DNA of 64,000 nt from a virus. Location: positions 1-64,000 of the IMG/VR virus record IMGVR_UViG_3300028115_000004, one strand, 5' to 3'. Positions within the stretch are counted from its first letter, which is position 1; the number at the start of each line of letters is the position of its first letter. Shown here in pieces: positions 17,882-28,584 of the stretch. The notes under the pieces were generated by a model that saw only the letters and a list, made by a program, of their open reading frames with translations, was not told the DNA's origin and ran no database searches. The position numbers were made by a program, and so were the translations under genes.

Positions 17882-19576
17882 ATGGCAACAAATCCGTATA
17901 TCAGTCAATCGGTAAAATCTGAACAGAACTTATACGAAGACATAGTAATTGAGTCTCTCAAGTTCTACGGACAGGATGTGTATTACATCCCCCGTGAGAT
18001 TGTCAACAAAGACCCCATCTTCCTAGACGATGTACCTTCACGTTTCAGTGATGCGTACAAGATCGAAATGTATATTGAGAACACCGAAGGTTTCGACGGT
18101 GAGGGTGACTTGTTCACTAAATTCGGTATTGAGTTACGTGACCAAGCTACCTTCGTAGTTGCCCGTAGACGTTGGAAACATCTAATCGGTAACTACTTGG
18201 ATGAGAAGAAATTCCGTCCACGTGAAGGAGATGTTATCTTCCTTCCCATGTCTAACTCTATCTTCCAGATTCAAAAGGTGGAGACAGAGACTCCGTTCTA
18301 TCAACTCAGCAATCTACCTACGTTCAGACTTCAGGCAGAACTCTTCGAATATAACGACGAAGACTTTGATACTGGTATCGATCAGGTTGATGAGATTGAA
18401 TATGAAGGTGCGTATCAGTATAAGATTACTATGCGACCTAATGATACCACAGGTTCTACCGCTGGGGCAACATCAACAATTAATGAACAAGGTACGATAA
18501 CTTCACTCACCTTGACCAACGCTGGCCGTGGATATGAGACGGCACCAACACTTAGTTACTCTGACTTCACTGAAGCGGAGACGAAGAAGTTTGGTCTGAA
18601 CTCTATTAACATGAACAACGCACAAGGTAGAGAGGGAGAATTCCTTTACACCAGTAACAACGGTGTTGCCGAGGTGTTCCTCCTTCTCAATAATTTCCCG
18701 ACTACCCAAGGTTCTTTGTTCCTACATGGTGAAGATTCTGCACAGTATATGTGGGGTGTCGATGCTAGTGGTGGTTTGGTCTATCAAACAATAGGAATGA
18801 GTTCTCCCAAGGTTGTGCCTGGCGCAACTGTTGCACGTGGTGCATGGCAGCACATTGCCATTGCACAAGACAGTGACAATCTGTCTGTCTATTATAATGG
18901 TGTGAAGGTTCTGGATTCGGATGCGCCTGTCACCGCACAGTTTGCGGGTTCAAGTGGGTTCTCTGTTGGTGCAACATCTGCACGTACATTCAACGGTGTG
19001 GATTGGGAAGCTACAAGAGGATACCTCGACGAAATCAGATTCCGTTCGGGTGTGAGAAACACTCTTATCGGTGACTCTGATATGACTGTACCGACTGAAG
19101 CATATGATTCAGATGCATCTACTATTCTTCTTGAACATGCAGACGGTACTGCGCCTACTATCACAACAACAATTGATGCAACCACAGGATCGGTCACAGG
19201 GTTTACTATTACGGATGGTGGTTTCCTCTATCAAGAGGCTCCGACTATTACGATCACACCGCCTGTGACAGGAGGTGACTTTGTGATTGGAGAGATTGTT
19301 ACTCAAACCAACTCTACATACACAATGAAGGGCGAAGTCACAGACTGGTCAGATTCAGATAGAGTTTTACAATTAGCACACTCTGGTGCAACGGATGGAG
19401 ATTTCCACGAGTTTGGAGTCAACCGCAAGATCGTTGGTGCGAATGCTAATTGGGTTCCTTCATTGGTAGAAGAACTACAGGAGATTCAAGTCTCTGCACA
19501 GAATGTCACCTTCAATAACTTCGAATCTGACTTCTTAGACTTCTCCGAATCAAATCCCTTTGGAGACATGGAATAA
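17882..19576 (+). CDS. gp14: Neck protein gp14 with an inserted LamG/concanavalin-like domain
   Basis: ESLKFYGQDVYYIPRE, GDLFTKFGIE, RPREGD, C-terminal DFSESNPFG; insert carries WQHIAI...VYYNG...GYLDEIRF. Confidence 0.9.
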   Translation: MATNPYISQSVKSEQNLYEDIVIESLKFYGQDVYYIPREIVNKDPIFLDDVPSRFSDAYKIEMYIENTEGFDGEGDLFTKFGIELRDQATFVVARRRWKHLIGNYLDEKKFRPREGDVIFLPMSNSIFQIQKVETETPFYQLSNLPTFRLQAELFEYNDEDFDTGIDQVDEIEYEGAYQYKITMRPNDTTGSTAGATSTINEQGTITSLTLTNAGRGYETAPTLSYSDFTEAETKKFGLNSINMNNAQGREGEFLYTSNNGVAEVFLLLNNFPTTQGSLFLHGEDSAQYMWGVDASGGLVYQTIGMSSPKVVPGATVARGAWQHIAIAQDSDNLSVYYNGVKVLDSDAPVTAQFAGSSGFSVGATSARTFNGVDWEATRGYLDEIRFRSGVRNTLIGDSDMTVPTEAYDSDASTILLEHADGTAPTITTTIDATTGSVTGFTITDGGFLYQEAPTITITPPVTGGDFVIGEIVTQTNSTYTMKGEVTDWSDSDRVLQLAHSGATDGDFHEFGVNRKIVGANANWVPSLVEELQEIQVSAQNVTFNNFESDFLDFSESNPFGDME

Positions 19577-20346
19577 TGTTTGGTAATTATTTTTATCACA
19601 AGAGAGTGAGAACTGCGGTCTCCGTATTTGGTTCCCTATTCAATGACTTACACATTCTAAGACAGAACGCTGCTGGTGAGGTAATCTCACAGGTCAAAGT
19701 TCCATTGTCCTATGCACCTCGTAGAAACTTCATCGAACGTCTCAATGAGATGGCGAAGGGAGAGGATGCAGAACGTAGAGTGGCCATTAAACTGCCTCGT
19801 ATGTCCTTTGAGGTTACGAACATGCAGTATGACCCACAGAGACAGTTACCGAAAGTAAATCGTTTTGAAAAAGAGTATGAGAGTGACAACAACAAACGTT
19901 ATAAGATGTACACTGCGACTCCTTATGATATCACATTCCAGTTGAGTATATACGCAAAGAGTCAAGACGATGCACTTCAGCTTGTAGAACAGATTCTACC
20001 TTACTTTGCACCTCAGTACACAGTCACAGTAAAACCTTTTTCGGACATCCCCGACATCAAGGAAGATATACCTATCAGTCTTGATACGGTGACGTTCCAA
20101 GACGCCTATGATGGTGCGATTGAACAGAGACGTACTATCGTGTACGATCTCTCATTCACCATGAAGATCAACTTCTATGGGCCTAACCTAGAGTACGGTA
20201 TCATCCGTGAGGTTAATAACAACCTATATATTATGGGTGATAGTGATACTTTCTATACAAACATTAATGTAACACCGACACCCGTAGGTGTTAGTCCTGA
20301 CAGTGACTATGGATTCTTGATACAATATTTGGATAGTTCTGCATGA
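19576..20346 (+). CDS. gp15: Tail sheath stabiliser/terminator gp15
   Basis: MFGNYFYH, KVPLSYAP, LPRMSFE, EQILPYF. Confidence 0.93.
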   Translation: MFGNYFYHKRVRTAVSVFGSLFNDLHILRQNAAGEVISQVKVPLSYAPRRNFIERLNEMAKGEDAERRVAIKLPRMSFEVTNMQYDPQRQLPKVNRFEKEYESDNNKRYKMYTATPYDITFQLSIYAKSQDDALQLVEQILPYFAPQYTVTVKPFSDIPDIKEDIPISLDTVTFQDAYDGAIEQRRTIVYDLSFTMKINFYGPNLEYGIIREVNNNLYIMGDSDTFYTNINVTPTPVGVSPDSDYGFLIQYLDSSA

Positions 20347-20687
20347 GTGAAGATAAAGATAATGTAAAAAGTGATTATGATTATTCAAGAGAAACATACT
20401 ACGATCTTCTAGAGAAGGGTCGGGAGTCTCTTGACCTCATGATCGAAGTCGCTCGTGAGAGTGAACACCCCCGTGCATTCGAAGTGTTGTCAACCATGAT
20501 GAAAAACATGGCGGAAATCAACGATAAACTCATGGCTTTGAATAAGACCAAGAAAGAAATTGATCGTAGTGATGACCCCAAACAACTGGGAGGAACTACT
20601 AACAACTTGTTCATTGGTTCCACTACAGACCTACAACGATTTTTACAGAATGAAAAGGTGATTGACGTTGAGCCTGACACAGACTAA
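20343..20687 (+). CDS. gp16: Terminase small subunit
   Basis: DYDYSR, ESEHPRAFEV, NNLFIGSTTDLQ. Confidence 0.93.
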   Translation: MSEDKDNVKSDYDYSRETYYDLLEKGRESLDLMIEVARESEHPRAFEVLSTMMKNMAEINDKLMALNKTKKEIDRSDDPKQLGGTTNNLFIGSTTDLQRFLQNEKVIDVEPDTD

Positions 20688-22275
20688 GGAGTCCTATCTT
20701 GGTAACCCACTCGTCAAACGTGATGGTATCAATGAAGATTGGACTGAGGACAAGGTAAGAGAATATGCTCGTTGTATGGGTGACCCTGCCTATTTTGCTC
20801 GTACTTACGTTAAGATCATTTCTCTTGATAAGGGGCTCGTACCCTTCAACCTATACACCTATCAAGAAAAGATGTTTCACCACTTTAACTCTAATAGATT
20901 TTCTATTGTTCTTGCTTGTCGTCAATCTGGTAAATCCATTTCTTCTGTAGTATATCTGTTATGGTACGCTATCTTTCACCCCGAAAAAACTATCGCAGTA
21001 CTCGCCAACAAAGGTGCAACTGCGAGGGAAATGTTACAACGTGTCACGCTCGCTCTTGAAAATCTTCCTTTCTTTTTGCAGCCTGGCTGCAAGGCACTCA
21101 ACAAGGGTAGCATCGAATTTTCCAACAACAGTCGCATTATTGCTGCTGCCACCAGTGGTAGTTCTATACGGGGTATGTCTGTTAACCTTCTTTTTCTTGA
21201 CGAGTTTGCTTTTGTTGAACGGGCTAATGAATTCTATACTTCAACCTATCCTGTCGTCTCTGCTGGTAAAGATACGAAAGTCATTATCACGTCTACGGCA
21301 AATGGTATCGGGAACACCTACCAGAAAATCTGGGAAGGTGCAGTCCAAGGAATAAATGAATATAAACCGTTTGAGGTAAACTGGTGGGACGTGCCTGGCC
21401 GTGATGAGAAGTGGAAAGAACAAACTATCTCAAACACATCACAACTACAGTTCGATCAGGAGTTCGGGAATACATTTTTTGGGACGGGCGACACCCTAAT
21501 CAACGCAGAGACTTTACTCTCGTTGAGGACGAAACCCCCAATTGAAGTATTGGAAGGTGGTGACTTGTTAGTATACGAACAACCAAATCCAAATAAAGAA
21601 TATATTTGTATGGTTGACGTATCAAAAGGAAGAGGGCAGGATTATTCGACCTTCACGGTTATCGACATAGCGGCCAGACCCTTTAAGCAGGTCTCGGTTT
21701 ATCGCTGCAATACTATCTCTCCAATTCTCTTTCCTAACATTATATATAAGTATGCAACTCTCTACAACAACGCATATGTGGTTGTGGAATCGAATGATCA
21801 GGGTGGAGTTGTATGTAATGGATTATATCACGATTTAGAATATGAGAATGTTCATGTAACCAGTGCAGTGAAAGCCTCCGGTATCGGAATCGAAATGAAC
21901 CGCAAGGTTAAACGTCTTGGTTGTTCTAGCATAAAAGATATTCTAGAGAATCGCAAGTTAGATATTGTAGATGAAAATACGATCCTTGAGATATCGACGT
22001 TTGTCGCAAAGGGTCAGTCATATGAGGCCTCGGATGGAAACCACGATGACCTCATGATGAATCTAGTCATGTTTGGATACTTTGTTTCGACGCAGTTCTT
22101 CGCAGACATGACAGATATCAATATCAAACAGATGTTGTTTGATGAAAGAATGAAACAGATTCAGGATGATGTCCCTCCATTTGGATTTATTGATGATGGT
22201 AGCGCACACATAATCGAACAGGAAGCTCAAGAAGGTATTAATGAATGGCAGGTTTGGCGTCAAGATGATTGGTGA
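20662..22275 (+). CDS. gp17: Terminase large subunit
   Basis: YLGNP, RQSGKS (Walker A), LLFLDEFAFV (Walker B), ITSTANG, HDDLMM; TTG start, exact start uncertain. Confidence 0.96.
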   Translation: MTLSLTQTKESYLGNPLVKRDGINEDWTEDKVREYARCMGDPAYFARTYVKIISLDKGLVPFNLYTYQEKMFHHFNSNRFSIVLACRQSGKSISSVVYLLWYAIFHPEKTIAVLANKGATAREMLQRVTLALENLPFFLQPGCKALNKGSIEFSNNSRIIAAATSGSSIRGMSVNLLFLDEFAFVERANEFYTSTYPVVSAGKDTKVIITSTANGIGNTYQKIWEGAVQGINEYKPFEVNWWDVPGRDEKWKEQTISNTSQLQFDQEFGNTFFGTGDTLINAETLLSLRTKPPIEVLEGGDLLVYEQPNPNKEYICMVDVSKGRGQDYSTFTVIDIAARPFKQVSVYRCNTISPILFPNIIYKYATLYNNAYVVVESNDQGGVVCNGLYHDLEYENVHVTSAVKASGIGIEMNRKVKRLGCSSIKDILENRKLDIVDENTILEISTFVAKGQSYEASDGNHDDLMMNLVMFGYFVSTQFFADMTDINIKQMLFDERMKQIQDDVPPFGFIDDGSAHIIEQEAQEGINEWQVWRQDDW

Positions 22276-22288
22276 AAACCCCGCTTTT

Positions 22289-22296
22289 TATAAATA
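22289..22296 (+). promoter_or_regulatory. T4 late promoter TATAAATA
   Basis: Exact consensus upstream of gp18. Confidence 0.85.
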
Positions 22297-22361
22297 AAAG
22301 TATTGAGAAAATCCGTATTATGTTCAACTTATAATTTGTAAACGAAAAAAGGAAAAGAGTC

Positions 22362-24155
22362 ATGGCATTACTATCACCGTCTCTGTCTCCTGCGATTACG
22401 GTCAAAGAGATCGATTTGTCGGGTGTTGCACCCAACGTATCGACTTCTGTTGGCGCATTCGTCGGGAACTTTCGTTGGGGCCCCGTGAACTCTCGTACAT
22501 TAGTCGCAGACGAGTCTGGACTGGTGAGAGTGTTTGCCGCACCTGACGAAGACAACGCTGTGGATTTCCACAGTGCTTCGTACTTTTTAAAGTACACCAA
22601 CTCGCTTTACATTGTTCGTGGTAACAATGGAGGCATTAACGCACACAGTGCAGTAACTAAACTTACTGGCGATTCCGCAGTAGTTGAAAACCAAGAAGAT
22701 TGGGAAACTACAGTTAAATCTTCTGTAAACGCTCGAACACTGGCAACAGGTTCTTTCATTGCAAAATATCCAGGCTCTCTGGGTAACGCATTGACTGTAT
22801 CTTTCTGTCCTGCCGCTGATTCAGATGGTGCAAACTACTTCAACGCATGGTCTTACAAAGGATCATTCGACCGTGCCCCCACAACTTCTGCCTATGCAAC
22901 CGACAACGGTGCATCGAAGGACGAAGTTCACGTAGCAGTTATTGACCGTACAGGTTCTTTCACAGGTACGCCTGGCAGTGTGTTGGAAACATTCCCTCAC
23001 CTGTCTGCTGCTAAGGGCGCAGTAACTCCGGATGGATCACCTAACTACATCCAAGAAGTACTCAACAGTCGTTCTGAGTATGTGTGGTGTGGTCAGTTCG
23101 ATAACGATTCCGCTTTCGGTGCTTCTTACGAAAACATTGGTCAAAACTGGGGTAAGACACCTTCGGTTGACTCTGCAGTAGATTACTCTACAGGTACTTC
23201 TGCATGGACTAATGATGTTTCTAAGATCAAGCTCGGTGGTGGTGTTAACAGTTCTGATTTGACCAACGGTCAGGTTACAACTGGTTTCGATCTATTCGAC
23301 GACACCGAACAGATTCAGGTAGACTTCCTGATTCCTCTTCAGTCTGCTAACGACTCGGATGGGGTTACAATCGCTAATTACTGTAACGCAATCGCTAAAG
23401 ATCGCAAAGACTGTGTGGTTCCTGTGTCTCCTCCTAGAGAAGACATTGTTGGTATTCCTACAGCCACGGCTAATACAAACGCAATTTCGTTTGCAAATTC
23501 TTTGTCGAACAGTTCTTACCTGATCGTAGATAACAACTACCTCAAGGTATTCGATAAGTACAACGATAACTACATCTACATCCCTGCTAACTCTAGTACT
23601 GCGGGTATCATGGCTGCAACAGACTTTGTTGCTGCACCTTGGTACTCTCCTGCTGGTCAGAGACGTGGTAACTATCTTGCAATTACAGATATTGCCCACT
23701 CTCCGAACAAAACGCAGAGAGACTCACTGTACAAGGCTAACGTCAACCCAATCTCCAATATTCCTGGCGTGGGTATCGTCCTTTATGGTGATAAGACACA
23801 CGAACTCAGACCTTCTGCATTTGACAGAATCAACGTTCGTAGATTGTTCATCGGTATTGAGAAGTCTATCGCAGCTGCTGCGAAGAACATTCTCTTCGAA
23901 TTCAACGACGAGTTTACTCGTGCAGAATTCGTGAATGTCGTTGAACCTCTGCTTCGTGAGATTAGAGGTCGAAGAGGTATCACTGACTTTAAGGTGGTTT
24001 GTGACGAAACAAACAACACCCCTGCAGTGGTTGACAGAAACGAATTTGTCGCTTCTATCTTCATCAAGCCTGCCCGTTCTATTAACTTCGTGACGTTGAA
24101 CTTCGTCGCAGTTAGAACTGGTGTGGACTTTGAAGAAGTAGTTGGCGCAGTTTAA
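22362..24155 (+). CDS. gp18: Tail sheath protein
   Basis: SPAITVKEID, FRWGP, PWYSPAG, SAFDRINVRRLF, FEFNDEFTR, IKPARSINF. Confidence 0.96.
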   Translation: MALLSPSLSPAITVKEIDLSGVAPNVSTSVGAFVGNFRWGPVNSRTLVADESGLVRVFAAPDEDNAVDFHSASYFLKYTNSLYIVRGNNGGINAHSAVTKLTGDSAVVENQEDWETTVKSSVNARTLATGSFIAKYPGSLGNALTVSFCPAADSDGANYFNAWSYKGSFDRAPTTSAYATDNGASKDEVHVAVIDRTGSFTGTPGSVLETFPHLSAAKGAVTPDGSPNYIQEVLNSRSEYVWCGQFDNDSAFGASYENIGQNWGKTPSVDSAVDYSTGTSAWTNDVSKIKLGGGVNSSDLTNGQVTTGFDLFDDTEQIQVDFLIPLQSANDSDGVTIANYCNAIAKDRKDCVVPVSPPREDIVGIPTATANTNAISFANSLSNSSYLIVDNNYLKVFDKYNDNYIYIPANSSTAGIMAATDFVAAPWYSPAGQRRGNYLAITDIAHSPNKTQRDSLYKANVNPISNIPGVGIVLYGDKTHELRPSAFDRINVRRLFIGIEKSIAAAAKNILFEFNDEFTRAEFVNVVEPLLREIRGRRGITDFKVVCDETNNTPAVVDRNEFVASIFIKPARSINFVTLNFVAVRTGVDFEEVVGAV

Positions 24156-24168
24156 GGAGTAGAGAAAG

Positions 24169-24696
24169 ATGGCAATTTTAGGCGTAGATGACTTTAAGTC
24201 GAAGTTGAGAGGGGGCGGTGCACGTCCTAATCTCTTCAAAGCGACAGTCAACTTTCCCGCTTACGCTGGGGGTGATGTCGAATTGACATCCTTCCTGTGT
24301 AAGGCTGCAGCACTCCCTGCTTCCGTGATGAACGTGATTGAAGTCCCGTTCCGTGGTAGACAGTTGAAGATCGCTGGTGACAGAACGTTCGAAACATGGA
24401 CGATTACTGTAATCAACGATACTAACTTCGACACTCGCAACGCAATGGAACGTTGGATGAACGGTATCAATGCACACAGTGCAAATACTGGTCTGACCAA
24501 CCCCGTTGATTACGAAGCAGACTTGATTGTTGAGCAATTGGACAAAGACGGTTCAACTCTAAAAACTTATCAGTTCCGTGGTTGTTTCCCAACCAACGTT
24601 GCTGCGATTGACGTTAACTACGAAACAGTTGACACAATCGAAGAGTTTACGGTTGAGTTCCAAGTCCAGTACTGGGAATCTGACACAACCTCTTAA
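24169..24696 (+). CDS. gp19: Tail tube protein
   Basis: GGGARPNLF, PFRGRQLKIAGDRTFETWTITVIND, IEEFTVEFQVQYW. Confidence 0.96.
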   Translation: MAILGVDDFKSKLRGGGARPNLFKATVNFPAYAGGDVELTSFLCKAAALPASVMNVIEVPFRGRQLKIAGDRTFETWTITVINDTNFDTRNAMERWMNGINAHSANTGLTNPVDYEADLIVEQLDKDGSTLKTYQFRGCFPTNVAAIDVNYETVDTIEEFTVEFQVQYWESDTTS

Positions 24697-24719
24697 GGTT
24701 GGTATAAGTAGTACTGATG

Positions 24720-24746
24720 CGGGGGAGTTTATCTCCCCCGTTCTTT
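24720..24746 (+). terminator. Stem-loop after gp19 (terminator-like)
   Basis: cgggggag-tttat-ctcccccg followed by ttcttt; a TATAAGTA late-promoter variant lies just upstream at 24703-24710. Confidence 0.55.
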
Positions 24747-24764
24747 ACAGGATTGGAAAGGTAT

Positions 24765-26294
24765 ATGGCAGAACAAGATAATAGTGTATTAAGACTTTTT
24801 GGATTTGAGATTAAAAAGGCCCGTAAGGTCGGTGAAGAAGACAAAAAGTTACAGTCTATCGTTCCGAAAACGGATGACGATGGCGCTGGGTACGTCACTG
24901 CCAGTGGTGCTCACTATGGTCAATACATTGACATGGAGGGTAATGATGCGAAAGACAATACGGAACTTATTAAGAAGTATCGTGGTCTTGCAGAACACCC
25001 CGAAGTCGATGCAGCGATTGAGGACATCATTAACGAATCTATCTCAGCCTCTGATATGGAGTCTTCGGTAGAAATTAATCTGGACAAAGTTGAAACCTCT
25101 GATAAGATCAAGAAGATGATGATCGAAGAGTTTGATCAAATTTGTTCTATGTTGAACTTCAACGAACTCGCACACGACATTTTCCGTTCGTGGTATGTTG
25201 ATGGTCGTTTGGTTCATCACTTAGTTGTAAATGAATCCAACCTAAAGGCTGGTATTAAAGAAGTTCGTCCTATTGACTCTGCGAAGATTCGCAAGGTCAA
25301 AGAGGTCACATATAAAAAGGATCAGGCAACAGGCGCAAAGATTGTAGACAAGGTAAACGAGTTCTACATCTATCAAGAGAAGGCTGGGTCTAACCAAGGG
25401 GTTAAACTCTCACCTGATTCTGTTTCATATGTGTCTTCGGGTCTACTTGACCCAACACGTAAGAGAGTGATCTCTTACTTACACAAAGCAATTAAACCCA
25501 TCAACCAGTTAAGGATGATGGAAGACTCTCTGGTGATCTACCGTCTCGCACGTGCACCTGAGAGAAGAATTTTCTATATCGATGTTGGTAACCTACCTAC
25601 GGGTAAGGCAGAACAACACATGAAAGACATCATGTCTCGTTATAGAAACAAGTTAGTTTACGATGCCAACACCGGACAGATCAAGGATGATCGCAAACAT
25701 ATGTCCATGTTGGAAGATTTCTGGTTACCTCGTAGAGAAGGTGGCCGTGGTACAGAGATTTCTACACTGCCTGGCGGTGAGAATCTTGGACAGATTGACG
25801 ATATCATCTACTTCCAGAAGAGATTGTATCGTTCTCTGAATGTACCTATTAACAGACTGGAACAGGAAGCACAGTTCTCTCTTGGTCGTTCTACTGAGAT
25901 CAGTAGGGACGAAGTTAAGTTCCAGAAGTTTATTGATAGACTGCGTAGAAGGTTCTCTAATGTATTCCTGAACATTCTACGCAAACAGTTATTGTTGAAG
26001 GGTGTAATGACCGAACAGGATTGGGAAGATTGGAAGAACGATATCCAGATCGACTTTATCCGTGACAACCACTTCACCGAGCTGAAGGATGCAGAACTGT
26101 TGAGAGAAAGACTCGACACAATGGATCGAATCACAAACTACGTGGGCGAATACTTCTCACGTGAGTGGGTAATGAAGAATGTCATGATGATGTCCGATGA
26201 AGACATTGACTTGATGAAGAAAGAAGTCGAATCCGAAAACTCAGTTGCTGATGAGGAAGGAAACGACGAAACAGAAGATGACTTTGGAGGTTAA
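24765..26294 (+). CDS. gp20: Portal protein
   Basis: YRLARAPERRIFYIDVGNLP, MLEDFWLPRREGGRGTEISTLPGG; start moved to ATG 24765 (SD ggaaagg). Confidence 0.96.
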   Translation: MAEQDNSVLRLFGFEIKKARKVGEEDKKLQSIVPKTDDDGAGYVTASGAHYGQYIDMEGNDAKDNTELIKKYRGLAEHPEVDAAIEDIINESISASDMESSVEINLDKVETSDKIKKMMIEEFDQICSMLNFNELAHDIFRSWYVDGRLVHHLVVNESNLKAGIKEVRPIDSAKIRKVKEVTYKKDQATGAKIVDKVNEFYIYQEKAGSNQGVKLSPDSVSYVSSGLLDPTRKRVISYLHKAIKPINQLRMMEDSLVIYRLARAPERRIFYIDVGNLPTGKAEQHMKDIMSRYRNKLVYDANTGQIKDDRKHMSMLEDFWLPRREGGRGTEISTLPGGENLGQIDDIIYFQKRLYRSLNVPINRLEQEAQFSLGRSTEISRDEVKFQKFIDRLRRRFSNVFLNILRKQLLLKGVMTEQDWEDWKNDIQIDFIRDNHFTELKDAELLRERLDTMDRITNYVGEYFSREWVMKNVMMMSDEDIDLMKKEVESENSVADEEGNDETEDDFGG

Positions 26295-26295
26295 C

Positions 26296-26604
26296 ATGAG
26301 TGATATTGAGAACGAAACTAATAGCGCAGTCGAAGAGTTTATCGATGCGTTACAACAGAAAAACTACAACGCTGCACAGAATATGTTCGGTAATCTGATT
26401 CAGGACAAGGTGAACACACGTCTTGATGCAGAGAAAGTTGCTGTTGCAAATTCCATCTTTAACTCAGCAGATGATGACATCGACATCTCAGAATACGAAG
26501 AAGATGAGTTGGATGCAGCTGCAGTCGAAGACGAAGATGACTTCGAAGAAGAAGATACAGCCGAGGATGAGGGTAAACACATCTACGCTGGTGGTGAAGT
26601 TTAA
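26296..26604 (+). CDS. Acidic prohead core protein (gp67-like)
   Basis: SD ggagg, ATG 26296; D/E-rich C-terminus; lies between gp20 and gp21. Confidence 0.65.
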   Translation: MSDIENETNSAVEEFIDALQQKNYNAAQNMFGNLIQDKVNTRLDAEKVAVANSIFNSADDDIDISEYEEDELDAAAVEDEDDFEEEDTAEDEGKHIYAGGEV

Positions 26605-26633
26605 TAAAAAATTCATCTAAAAAACCTTTTTTG

Positions 26634-26641
26634 TATAAATA
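26634..26641 (+). promoter_or_regulatory. T4 late promoter TATAAATA
   Basis: Exact consensus. Confidence 0.85.
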
Positions 26642-26663
26642 ATAGTTAAACAGGAAACTTGAA

Positions 26664-26867
26664 ATGAAAACATTTCAACAGATTCGTGAGGCAAAATCAC
26701 CGAAGGGTGAAGTTGTCTTCGATAAGAAAATACAAAAAGTCCCTGTCAAGATAGTCAAGGATAAAAAAGGTTTTACCGCCTATGTGGATGGAGATATGTT
26801 GGACACGTTCCGCAATCAGAAAGAAGCAGAGAAGGCAGCTGAGACAATTATAAAGGAACTCAGATGA
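26664..26867 (+). CDS. Small basic head-region protein (67 aa)
   Basis: SD agga, late promoter upstream, stop overlaps the gp21 start. Confidence 0.65.
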   Translation: MKTFQQIREAKSPKGEVVFDKKIQKVPVKIVKDKKGFTAYVDGDMLDTFRNQKEAEKAAETIIKELR

Positions 26868-27523
26868 AATTAATTAGCGAATACACCGAAAACGATGTCC
26901 AGTGCATCGTAGAGAAAAGAGAAGATGGCGAGAAGAAATACGTCATTGAAGGCGTATTCGCCCAAGCAGATCAAAAGAATCGTAACGGACGTATCTACCC
27001 CAAACCCATTATGGAGAGAGCGGTAAGTAAGTACGTTACAGATCAGGTTAGCAAGAAACGTGCGGTCGGTGAGTTGAATCACCCTGAAGGGCCGACAGTT
27101 AACCTTGACAAAGTTTCGCACCTCATCACAGACCTCAAGTTTGAGGGAAATGATGTAGTCGGAAAGGCACAGATATTGGATACTCCAATGGGTAAGATCG
27201 TAAAAGGTCTCCTTGAGGGCGGTGTTCAACTAGGTGTGTCAACTCGTGGTATGGGTAGCCTTGAGCAAAGAAATGGCGCAATGTACGTCAAAGACGACTT
27301 TATTCTTAGTACGGTTGACATCGTACAAGACCCTAGCGCACCTGACGCCTTCGTTAATGGAATCATGGAAGGTGTAGACTGGGTTTGGAATAACGGCATT
27401 TTAAAGCCTCAGGTAATTGAGAAAATGGAGACTGAAATTAAAACTGCTCCGAAAGCATTTCGTCCCGAAGTGCAGATTCGAGAGTTTAAGAATTTCCTCT
27501 CGTTAATTAAATCACAATTGTAA
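26864..27523 (+). CDS. gp21: Prohead protease
   Basis: MKLISE, NRNGRIYP, GELNHP, LGVSTRGMGSL, DIVQDPSAPDAFV. Confidence 0.96.
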   Translation: MKLISEYTENDVQCIVEKREDGEKKYVIEGVFAQADQKNRNGRIYPKPIMERAVSKYVTDQVSKKRAVGELNHPEGPTVNLDKVSHLITDLKFEGNDVVGKAQILDTPMGKIVKGLLEGGVQLGVSTRGMGSLEQRNGAMYVKDDFILSTVDIVQDPSAPDAFVNGIMEGVDWVWNNGILKPQVIEKMETEIKTAPKAFRPEVQIREFKNFLSLIKSQL

Positions 27524-27532
27524 GGAGTCAAT

Positions 27533-28573
27533 ATGACTGATAATACAAAGACAGTCGAAGTCGAACTCCACGATGAAGAAATTAACGATATCGTGGAAGA
27601 AACTCTCGACGAGGCGGCTCCTGCAGCTAAAGCCCCGAAAGGTGACGAAGGTGAGGTAACCGAACCTGAGTCTATCGCATCGGTGGACAAAGCGGCAGAT
27701 GCCACTAAACAAGCTCCTGTTCCGAAAACAAAGGCAGGAATGATCAATGCTATGTACGGCAAAATGAACGCAATGAAAAAGGTTGATTTGCAGGCTGCAT
27801 ACGGTAAGATGATGGGAGAAGAAGTGGTAGCAGAAGAAGAAGTGGTTGCTGAAACCACTGACACTACTGCAGAACTAGACGCATTGGTCGAGTCTGAGGC
27901 TACACTCAGTGATGAGTTCAAAGCCAAAACTGCTGTAATTTTCGAAGCTGCTGTGAAGTCGAAGTTGTCCGAAGAAGTGGACAGAATCGAAGCACAGTAC
28001 AAGGAGGAACTTTCCGAGGAAGTCGCATCTATTAAGAGCGATCTAGTCGAGAAGGTTGACAGCTACCTCAACTACGTAGTTGAATCTTGGATGGAAGATA
28101 ACAAGGTTGCAATCCAGAACGGTCTCCGTACTGAAATTGCAGAGACCTTTATGGATAAGATGAAAGACCTCTTCGTTGAGTCTTACATCGAAGTTCCTGA
28201 GTCCAAGGTAGACTTAGTTGACGAACTTGCTTCACAGGTTGAAGAGTTGGAAGAAAAACTCAACACTCAAACTGGTGACGCAATCAAACTTGCCGAAGAA
28301 CTTGAGACATACAAGCGTGAATCGATCATTGCGGAAGCAACTCGTGACATGGCTGAAACTCAGGTTGAAAAACTCCGTGGTCTCATTGAGAACGTAGACT
28401 TCGATGACGAAGCATCGTTCAAGATGAAAGTTGCCACTGTGAAGGAGTCTTTCTTCAAGGCAGAAAAAGTATCGGTACAAGAAACCATGGCAGAAGAAGC
28501 TGACGCAGAAGTTGAAGTTTCTAGTGTGATGGAACAGTACCTCAAAACAATTAGACAAACCGCTAAGAAATAA
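27533..28573 (+). CDS. gp22: Prohead scaffold protein
   Basis: Acidic coiled coil; FEAAV, VDSYLNYVVESWM; synteny. Confidence 0.9.
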   Translation: MTDNTKTVEVELHDEEINDIVEETLDEAAPAAKAPKGDEGEVTEPESIASVDKAADATKQAPVPKTKAGMINAMYGKMNAMKKVDLQAAYGKMMGEEVVAEEEVVAETTDTTAELDALVESEATLSDEFKAKTAVIFEAAVKSKLSEEVDRIEAQYKEELSEEVASIKSDLVEKVDSYLNYVVESWMEDNKVAIQNGLRTEIAETFMDKMKDLFVESYIEVPESKVDLVDELASQVEELEEKLNTQTGDAIKLAEELETYKRESIIAEATRDMAETQVEKLRGLIENVDFDDEASFKMKVATVKESFFKAEKVSVQETMAEEADAEVEVSSVMEQYLKTIRQTAKK

Positions 28574-28584
28574 GGAAATCTATT

